From: Spirochaetia bacterium
GTDB lineage: Bacteria; Spirochaetota; Spirochaetia; UBA9216
Assembly (NCBI GenBank): GCA_963677925.2
Contig: CAXXYH010000004.1
Span: forward strand, 1,376,001-1,440,000
DNA length: 64,000 nt
Direction: 5' to 3'
Both the position numbers and the translations under genes were made by a program. The notes under the pieces were generated by a model that saw only the letters and a program-made list of their open reading frames with translations, was not told the origin of the DNA and did no database searches. Within the stretch, counting starts at the first letter, position 1. Every line of letters starts with the position of its first letter. This document shows positions 9,225 to 16,266 of this stretch, one piece after another.

Positions 9225-10400
9225 TTAATGCTGTCCGCGGCTTTGGCCTCCGCCCCCAAGGAGGTTTTTAGGATCAAGGCCGGCTTCGCTGTATATATCT
9301 TCAACAAAGATTCTGACATCTTCCGGATTAATACCAAGCTCTTCGAAGGTTCCGGATAAATCTTCTTCTCCAATATTCCATTCAGAAATAATGTAATCAG
9401 GGCTTATCCGGTATATCTGGATGATATCAATAAAGTTATTATTGTCTTTAACCTGTGCTGGTCCAAGCAGCAGTCTTTCTGTTTTATGAGGAAGCCCTGT
9501 CGGAGCCTTCCATACATAATCTCCGGTAGCAGTTGTAATACCAATAACCAGCACAAAAACGGCAGCTGTAAGAATTATCAGCAGAGACGGTTTAAGTATT
9601 CTTTTTTTCCCGCCATTAGACGGGGCTTCAACTGAGAGTGAGTCTACGGGACATATATCTACACATTCCATACAGGAAATACATTCTGCTGATGTAATTA
9701 CAGTTTTATCTGCGATTGGAATATTCATCTGGCAAATATGATCGCAGCATCCGCATGAAATGCACGTCTCTCTGTCATTACGAATTTTAAATATTCCGAT
9801 CTTTGAGACGGGGGCCAGAAATGCGCCCATTGGGCACATATATTTACAGAAGAACCTGTCGTCAAAAAATGAAACAATTACCGAGAGAGCAAGTATAATA
9901 ATACCGAAAAGATATTCAGCAAAGAGTTCATCAGAGCCTATATGATGGTAAGCGGCCCATGGATCCCAGGGTCTGAAAATCAAATTCATCGTGTACCATG
10001 TTCCTGCTATTACAACAGCAAGAATAACATATTTGAGGTACCTAAGCTTACGGTCGATGACGGATGGAATTGGTTTTCTTTTTATAAAGAACTTTCTTCC
10101 TATCTTTGCAGATATTTCCTGAAGAAATCCGAGCGGGCAAATATTACCGCAGAAACTTCGTTTGAAAAATAAAGCAGTAATTAGAACAGCTCCTAAAAGA
10201 ATGAAACTGCTTAAGGCAATTTTTCTGATCAGGGCATCGTATTTAATAAGTCCGTAAACTGCTTCAAGTCCGCCGAACGGGCAGAAAGCATCAACAGGAG
10301 GAAATAGCTTCAGAATAGCATGAAGCCGTCCCTGAATTGTTGTAAGCAGCAGTACGGCTGCAAGTATTGAAATGCGGATTACTTTGGTGGATTTCTTCAT
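9225..10400 (-). CDS. Membrane 4Fe-4S polyferredoxin (NapH/MauN/FixG-like)
   Basis: CPFGG, FCGNICPLG, FCKYMCPMG, CxxCxxCxxxC and CxxCxxCxxxCP motifs; several TM helices. Confidence 0.88.
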   Translation of the reverse strand: MKKSTKVIRISILAAVLLLTTIQGRLHAILKLFPPVDAFCPFGGLEAVYGLIKYDALIRKIALSSFILLGAVLITALFFKRSFCGNICPLGFLQEISAKIGRKFFIKRKPIPSVIDRKLRYLKYVILAVVIAGTWYTMNLIFRPWDPWAAYHHIGSDELFAEYLFGIIILALSVIVSFFDDRFFCKYMCPMGAFLAPVSKIGIFKIRNDRETCISCGCCDHICQMNIPIADKTVITSAECISCMECVDICPVDSLSVEAPSNGGKKRILKPSLLIILTAAVFVLVIGITTATGDYVWKAPTGLPHKTERLLLGPAQVKDNNNFIDIIQIYRISPDYIISEWNIGEEDLSGTFEELGINPEDVRIFVEDIYSEAGLDPKNLLGGGGQSRGQH

Positions 10401-10452
10401 CTCAGGATGCTAATATATAACAATGTATATGTCAATAAAAATTGTAAGGTAT

Positions 10453-10485
10453 AAAAAAAGCTGACCGGTAGTTTTCCGGTCAGCT
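10453..10485 (-). terminator. Intrinsic terminator
   Basis: Minus strand agctgaccgg-aaaacta-ccggtcagct followed by a T-tract. Confidence 0.85.
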
Positions 10486-10568
10486 CCAGTTCAAGTCTTA
10501 ATTAAATTTTACCTCTATTCATTTCATTATTCCCCCTCACTTTTTAACGAGTCCACGTCGTGGACGAA

Positions 10569-10814
10569 TCAGGCTTCAATCAGTCTTTCACCCAGCGAAA
10601 TAAGTTTTCTGCCAAGCGAAATTCTGATGCTCTCTGCGGCGGTCTTTAACACTGTTGGTTCCGCCATCCGGCTGACTGCTATTGCAGGGGAATCTGCGTT
10701 TGCAGCCATTGAGGCCAATTTAGCCCTCTTAGCCAGTCTGATTGATTCTGCTTCACGAAGCCGGTCCTTGTGAAGCCCTGCAGCCGTTCTGTAGTCATAA
10801 CCGTCTGCACACAT
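10569..10814 (-). CDS. Small hypothetical protein (81 aa, MCADGYDY...LGERLIEA)
   Basis: AAGGAG RBS precedes the ATG at 10814, so the ORF-track start at 10838 is probably too long. Helical 'DRLREAE..RLA' and 'LGRKLISLGERL' segments. Confidence 0.65.
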   Translation of the reverse strand: MCADGYDYRTAAGLHKDRLREAESIRLAKRAKLASMAANADSPAIAVSRMAEPTVLKTAAESIRISLGRKLISLGERLIEA

Positions 10815-10858
10815 TTTATCTCTCCTTTTTGACATCATCCGGAGATAAGTTCCGGATG

Positions 10859-10893
10859 AAAAAAAAGCCGCAAACTGGTAAAGTCTACGGCTT
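10859..10893 (-). terminator. Second leader terminator
   Basis: Minus strand aagccgtagac-tttacca-gtttgcggctt (11 bp with G-U pairs) running into a T8 tract. Confidence 0.75.
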
Positions 10894-10909
10894 CCGGCTG
10901 TAATACAGC

Positions 10910-10941
10910 AAAAAAAAAGCCGTGATTCAGAGAATCACGGC
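10910..10941 (-). terminator. First leader terminator (attenuator 3:4 hairpin)
   Basis: Minus strand gccgtgattc-tct-gaatcacggc followed by T9. Confidence 0.85.
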
Positions 10942-10965
10942 AACCAACTGCTATATAAATCAAGG

Positions 10966-11037
10966 TTACGACAGATTCTCCGATGAAACAAAATTAAAAT
11001 AAGAAAGCGCTGTGACGCATTTTACTACTCTAATCAT
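10966..11037 (-). CDS. Putative attenuator leader peptide MIRVVKCVTALSYFNFVSSENLS (23 aa)
   Basis: AAGGAG RBS at 11052-11047. Its 3' end is complementary both to the RBS-adjacent segment and to the terminator 5' arm. Confidence 0.65.
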   Translation of the reverse strand: MIRVVKCVTALSYFNFVSSENLS

Positions 11038-11260
11038 CAAATCTGTCTCCTTGTGTTAAGATGTTTATATTTAAACAGTATTCAGAATATTTGTCAACCT
11101 AAAACTTTAAAATTAATTAAAACATCAAAAAAATAACTGATAATATATGTAAACATAAGATATATATGTAAATATTTATATTTATATAATTTTAAGGAAA
11201 TATCATGCTTTGATGCTGTAATTAGGGTTTATGCCTGTTAGAATATGATCAGGAGCTTAT

Positions 11261-12307
11261 ATGGAAAAAATCAGGATCGGACAGTCTGAACTAAAAGCCG
11301 CTGCGGTAGCTTTGGGAACCTGGGCTATAGGGGGAGGACCCCAGTGGGGCGATAACGATGATAATGAATCTATCCGGGCTATTCAGGCCGCAGTGGATTG
11401 CGGTGTAGAACTGATTGATACTGCTCCTGCCTATGGTTTTGGTCACAGTGAAGAGATAGTCGGTAAGGCTCTTGCCGGGCGCAGAGATAAGGTTGTTCTT
11501 TCAACAAAATGCGGACTCTGGTGGAAGGATGGGAGGGGCAGTATGCTGTCTGCCGTAGTTGACGGAAAGAAGATAATGCGCTGCCTGCAGCCTGAAACCA
11601 TCCGTGAAGAAGTTGAAATGTCACTGCGGCGTTTGAATACTGATTATATAGATATCCTGCATACTCATTGGCAGGAAGCGGGGGCTGCAAGTCCCTCAGC
11701 ACCTGCAGAAGGCGAGTCGCAGATAAAATATGATCCGCCTACACCGGTAGCTGTTACTATGGAAACTCTTATGAATCTGAAGGAGGAGGGCAAGATACGG
11801 GCTGTTGGTGTTTCAAACTGCAGTGTTGAGATAATGCGTGAATATATTGATGCAGGTGTTCTTGATGCTAATCAGCCCAGATTCAGTATGCTCGACAGAA
11901 GCATAGAAAATGAAATACTGCCTTTCTGCCTGGAGAATAAAATATCGGTGCTTTCATACTCTCCGCTTGAACAGGGGATACTGACCGGGAAATTTAAAAT
12001 GGACACAGAATTAAAGGAAGGCACTTATCGCAATAGAATCTCCTGGTATCATCCAGAAAACAGGGAAAAGGTACTGCAGATGCTTGAAAGCTGGTCCGCC
12101 CTGACGGATAAATATAATTGTACAATTGCTCAGCTTGTAATTGCATGGACAGCTGCAAAGGAAGGTATAAGCTTTGTTTTATGCGGAGCACGAAAACCGG
12201 CACAGGCTGAGGAAAATGCCTCAGCATTGAACATTAAGCTGTCGAAGGACGATTTTGATTTTATCGATTCTGCATCAAGAGCTCTTAATGCAGAGACAAT
12301 GATATAA
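11261..12307 (+). CDS. Aldo/keto reductase (YdjG-like)
   Basis: LGTWAIGG, DTAPAYGFGHSEE, STKCG, SLRRLNTDYID, GKIRAVGVSN, YSPLEQGILTGK. Confidence 0.93.
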   Translation: MEKIRIGQSELKAAAVALGTWAIGGGPQWGDNDDNESIRAIQAAVDCGVELIDTAPAYGFGHSEEIVGKALAGRRDKVVLSTKCGLWWKDGRGSMLSAVVDGKKIMRCLQPETIREEVEMSLRRLNTDYIDILHTHWQEAGAASPSAPAEGESQIKYDPPTPVAVTMETLMNLKEEGKIRAVGVSNCSVEIMREYIDAGVLDANQPRFSMLDRSIENEILPFCLENKISVLSYSPLEQGILTGKFKMDTELKEGTYRNRISWYHPENREKVLQMLESWSALTDKYNCTIAQLVIAWTAAKEGISFVLCGARKPAQAEENASALNIKLSKDDFDFIDSASRALNAETMI

Positions 12308-12332
12308 AATAGATCCCCAAATGATTCCGGGA

Positions 12333-12548
12333 TCAGCTTTTCTGCTGTCCCGGAGGGTTATTTTTCATATATTCATGTTCTTCTGAAACTTCTTTAAGCA
12401 GGTCATTCACTACCCAGGTCCGGTTGGTTTCTGTTCCCATGGCAAAAGCTACCTCTGCGGGATCATCAAGAACCGCCTTTACTGCCCGCATTATTTTAAG
12501 GGTCTCCTCATTGCTGTATCCGTTTATCAGAATGACCTTTTTATCCAT
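12333..12548 (-). CDS. DUF3783-family small protein
   Basis: GGAG RBS before MDKKVILINGYS; AM.TETN..W.V.DL.KEV.EEHEYM motif. Confidence 0.8.
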   Translation of the reverse strand: MDKKVILINGYSNEETLKIMRAVKAVLDDPAEVAFAMGTETNRTWVVNDLLKEVSEEHEYMKNNPPGQQKS

Positions 12549-12635
12549 AATTACAATCTCCAAAATATAATGATTCTCAATCTTATTCACTGAAAGAAGT
12601 TGAATCAACCCCGGGAATAAACTAAAATTCCCTTT

Positions 12636-14129
12636 ATGAGTTTACTTTCCGAGTCGGATAGAAAGATAAAGATTCTGCCCCTGATCATACTATGCTTTGC
12701 AATAATAATTTTATATATAATACAGGGCAGAAACTATCTGCTTTTTCATGCCCTGACAGAAATATTCAGTATTGTTATAGCTTTCTCAATATTTATTCTG
12801 GTTTGGAACAGCAGTAAATATCTTTCGACACGGTACATGATAATTCTGGGTATTTCATATCTTTTTATAGCTCTTCTCGACCTTCTTCATACACTTGGCT
12901 ACAGGGGTATGAATATTTTTACCGATTATGACTATTACGCAAATCAGCTGTGGATTGCCGCGCGGATGATGGAAGCCCTGACTCTTTCTGTTTCACTGAG
13001 TTTTGTGGGACGCGTGATTAAAATCAAACCCTCTATGGTCTTTTCTATTTATACGGTGCTGACTGCAATAGTCATTTATACAATCTTTTTTTCCAGTATT
13101 TTTCCAGTTTGCTTCATTGAAGGTCATGGTCAGACCTCATTTAAAATATGCAGTGAGTATGTGATAATTGTTATCCTGCTTTATTCACTTTTTACCGCAT
13201 TCAGGAATCGCAGAAGATTTATTGCGGGTATATACAGGATGCTCAATCTTTCAATTATATTCACTGTGGTTTCAGAATTAGCCTTCACTTTCTATGTCAG
13301 TAATTACGGCTTTTCGAATATGGTAGGACATTTTGCGAAAATAATTTCATTTTATTTTCTGTACAGAGCTGTAATACAGAAAAGTATTTCTGAACCTTAT
13401 CAGACTATTTTTAATGAATTGAATACCCGTAAGGATGAACTTGAACGTGTGGATGAGCTGAAGTCGGGATTGTTTTCAGTAATTTCACATGATCTGTCAG
13501 GAATGTTCGGAGGTATTACCGGTGTAGTTCAGGGGCTTGATGAAGATTATGATCAAATTTCCGAGTCTGAACGGAAGGAATACGTCGGTGAATTGAGAAT
13601 TGCTGTTGATACCGGAGCTATCCTTGTGTCTAATCTGCTTGAATGGTCCAGGCTGGAAATGGGCGGGGCTGAAATTAAAAAGGAAAACTGCAGTTTAAAA
13701 CAAATGCTTGATGAGGCGGGAGAACTACTTGCTCCGTATTTATATGCGAAGAATCTTGATTTAAAAATTTCAGTAGAGCCGGATGTTGAACTGTTAATAG
13801 AACGTGAGTCATTTATGATAATAGCCAGGAATATTCTTTCCAATGCTGTCAAGTTCTCCTATCAGGGAGGAAGTATTGAAGTAGACGCACGGCAGCATGA
13901 AGATTCCGTTTTTATAACCTTTCGTGATCACGGTACCGGTATGGATTTTGATCCGCTTAAGTCAAACAGGATTGTTCATAAATCTATACGTGGTACAGGT
14001 AATGAAAAGGGCGCAGGCCTCGGGCTTACATTAATTAAAAGGTATACTGAAAAACTGGGCGGTACACTTTCAATTAAAACGGCCCCCGGAGAGGGGACCG
14101 GTATAAGTCTGGAGCTTCCTGTTAATTAA
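12636..14129 (+). CDS. MASE3-domain sensor histidine kinase (orphan)
   Basis: NYLLFH...EIFS, DLLHTLGY.GM, QLWIAAR, GHFAKIISF (MASE3); H-box SHDL; NAVKFS, DHGTGM, GLGL. Confidence 0.9.
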   Translation: MSLLSESDRKIKILPLIILCFAIIILYIIQGRNYLLFHALTEIFSIVIAFSIFILVWNSSKYLSTRYMIILGISYLFIALLDLLHTLGYRGMNIFTDYDYYANQLWIAARMMEALTLSVSLSFVGRVIKIKPSMVFSIYTVLTAIVIYTIFFSSIFPVCFIEGHGQTSFKICSEYVIIVILLYSLFTAFRNRRRFIAGIYRMLNLSIIFTVVSELAFTFYVSNYGFSNMVGHFAKIISFYFLYRAVIQKSISEPYQTIFNELNTRKDELERVDELKSGLFSVISHDLSGMFGGITGVVQGLDEDYDQISESERKEYVGELRIAVDTGAILVSNLLEWSRLEMGGAEIKKENCSLKQMLDEAGELLAPYLYAKNLDLKISVEPDVELLIERESFMIIARNILSNAVKFSYQGGSIEVDARQHEDSVFITFRDHGTGMDFDPLKSNRIVHKSIRGTGNEKGAGLGLTLIKRYTEKLGGTLSIKTAPGEGTGISLELPVN

Positions 14130-15244
14130 ACTGCAACCTTTGTACAGTTTATCAAAGCCCTTATATTTTCAATCCTGGTGTTTATGGGTACTTCGCATCC
14201 GGACCCCAGGATCATCCCTCCTTCCATTGCTAATTCGATAAGCATGCTGCAGTAATCTTCTGTTTCCTTTTCTGTTCCGAAGGCAAGAATAGAAGCAGGT
14301 AAATCTCCGCGGATGCACTGATAACCGTTAAGAACTTTTTTTGCTTCCCGGATGTCTGTATCACCGTCCAGCTCAATAATACAGCTTCCCATGGGGACCT
14401 GCTGAAAGTAGGGCAGCATGGGAAGCCAGTTCCCATCTGCGTGAATGATAGTTGTGACACCCTTGCTGTAAAACGCTTCTATCATCTGTTTGATATAAGG
14501 GAAGGCGAATTCTTCAAACATCTGCGGAGAGACGAAGGTTGCAGAAGATCTCATTGCATATACTGCGATCCTGTCGCCTTTTTTTGCACCCCTAAGTGCT
14601 GTTTTTATTATTTCAGGGGTTGCAGCTGCACAGGCTTTCTTTACAAGTTCCGGTTCATCATAAAGATCATAGAAAAATTTCTCCATACTGCGACTCATCG
14701 AAAAAGTGTCGAATGCAGGTGCCGTGCCGTTATGAAACATTACCGGAACCCCCTGCTTTTCCCAGAAAATTCTGTTTGCCTTGAGATTTTTACCAATTTT
14801 AATAAATCTTGAAATAACCTTCATGTTTTTCATCATTCCGGTGAAGGGCGGGTTCTGGATGGATGCAACAAATGGAAGCTGCCATGCTGACATTCCTTTT
14901 TCAATTATTTTTTTATAATCATCCATGCACATAAGCTCTTCTTCAAGGAACTGAAACAGTTCATCATCTTCTAGTTCTTTTCCAGGAATTCGAACTTTCA
15001 GTTGTTCTATAAAAGAAGTATCCAGAGGGTTCATGGGGAATACTGCATCAGGTATTGAACCTATTTCCTCATAGCATTTAACCAGGGCATCCATCCATGA
15101 ACTGTTATCTTTAAAAATCTCTGCCTGAGTTTTTCCGGCGGGTACTGCTGCATAAGTAATGATCATCGGGTAGACTGGAATATCGGAAATGTTTTTTAAT
15201 GGTTTTAAATTTATTGCATTTTCTATTTTTTCGAATTTATTCAT
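14126..15244 (-). CDS. UroD/MtaA-CmuA (corrinoid methyltransferase-like) family protein
   Basis: RSMEKFFYDLYDEPE, SPQMFEEFAFPY, HADG, K.VL.G..CIRGD, GG.ILGSGCEVP.N...EN. Confidence 0.85.
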   Translation of the reverse strand: MNKFEKIENAINLKPLKNISDIPVYPMIITYAAVPAGKTQAEIFKDNSSWMDALVKCYEEIGSIPDAVFPMNPLDTSFIEQLKVRIPGKELEDDELFQFLEEELMCMDDYKKIIEKGMSAWQLPFVASIQNPPFTGMMKNMKVISRFIKIGKNLKANRIFWEKQGVPVMFHNGTAPAFDTFSMSRSMEKFFYDLYDEPELVKKACAAATPEIIKTALRGAKKGDRIAVYAMRSSATFVSPQMFEEFAFPYIKQMIEAFYSKGVTTIIHADGNWLPMLPYFQQVPMGSCIIELDGDTDIREAKKVLNGYQCIRGDLPASILAFGTEKETEDYCSMLIELAMEGGMILGSGCEVPINTRIENIRALINCTKVAV

Positions 15245-15320
15245 CCTTCTTCTCCTGATTATTTATCAATAAATTGTATTCCCGGATGAATGATTTGTGA
15301 ATTTACATTAAGTTACTGAT

Positions 15321-15339
15321 TGTTAACCTTAAGTTAACA
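15321..15339. promoter_or_regulatory. Putative LysR operator (T-N11-A palindrome)
   Basis: tgttaac-cttaa-gttaaca between the divergent UroD-family and LysR genes. Confidence 0.55.
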
Positions 15340-15381
15340 CAAAGAAATTCTCGCAGATAAAAAATATCATGATATACTCGA

Positions 15382-16251
15382 TTGAGTATGGAATTCAGGC
15401 GTGTCGAATATTTTCTGATACTTGCAGAAACACTCAATTTTCATGAGGCAGCAGATATCCTGTGTATTTCCCCTCCGGCTTTGTCAAGACAGATTTCCCT
15501 GCTTGAAGAGGAGGTCGGCGGCAGACTTTTTGATCGTACTACAAAGTCTGTCAGGCTTACATCCGAAGGGGAAGCAGCATATGAAAAGTTTAATGCGGTT
15601 AAGCTTCTTTGGGATAATGCCATTACCGAAATTAGAAGCGGATTCTGTATTAATTCAGATGTTATAAGAGTCGGTTTTTTTACACTGCTTCCGACTTCCA
15701 GTTTTGTTAACCCTGTCATCAATGCCTTTAGATGTTACAATCAGAATTTTGATTTCAATATCACTTCAGGGGAGATGTCCAAGCTGCACTCTATGCTTCT
15801 TAACAGGGAAATAGATTTATGTATCACGGCAACAAATGATTTTGAAAACTGGTCAGGCTGTAAGGTTGTTAAGTACAGGACCTATCCGGCAAAAATTATG
15901 GTGTCATCAAAACATCGCTGGAGCAGTGAGAGCAGGGTTTCTAAGTTTGATATTGCAGAGGACTCAATAGCTCTGCTTGATGATCATAAATATCTTTATC
16001 CTGAAAGTCTGTACAGACGAATTAGAACAAAAAATAAACTACAGGTTTCTGATTTTAATGCACTGATTGCTTCTCTTCAAATGGGGAAATATTTTTCTAT
16101 TTCTCCTGAATATTTTAACGGGATACTTGATACAAAATTAAAATTTATTGAACTTCCAGACAGTATGAAATTTGACTGCTACTGGGCCTGTGTATGCCTG
16201 AAGACAAACACCGCCCTGATGGAAATGCTGGATGCTGTTAAATCATTGTGA
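15382..16251 (+). CDS. LysR-family transcriptional regulator
   Basis: LNFHEAADILCISPPALSRQISLLEEEVGGRLFDRTTKSVRLT HTH; start may be the ATG at 15388. Confidence 0.92.
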   Translation: MSMEFRRVEYFLILAETLNFHEAADILCISPPALSRQISLLEEEVGGRLFDRTTKSVRLTSEGEAAYEKFNAVKLLWDNAITEIRSGFCINSDVIRVGFFTLLPTSSFVNPVINAFRCYNQNFDFNITSGEMSKLHSMLLNREIDLCITATNDFENWSGCKVVKYRTYPAKIMVSSKHRWSSESRVSKFDIAEDSIALLDDHKYLYPESLYRRIRTKNKLQVSDFNALIASLQMGKYFSISPEYFNGILDTKLKFIELPDSMKFDCYWACVCLKTNTALMEMLDAVKSL

Positions 16252-16266
16252 TATATATAAGTAAAA

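Noticed and set aside
10859-10941. Tandem hairpins as a CRISPR array or REP repeats
   Set aside because: The hairpins differ in sequence, there is no repeat-spacer periodicity and no cas genes; better explained as terminators.
11100-11210. Very AT-rich tract as a replication origin or repeat array
   Set aside because: No DnaA boxes or regular repeats seen; consistent with a divergent promoter region.
14126-15244. hemE (true uroporphyrinogen decarboxylase)
   Set aside because: Lacks the N-terminal RQAGR motif; resembles the methyltransferase-like branch.
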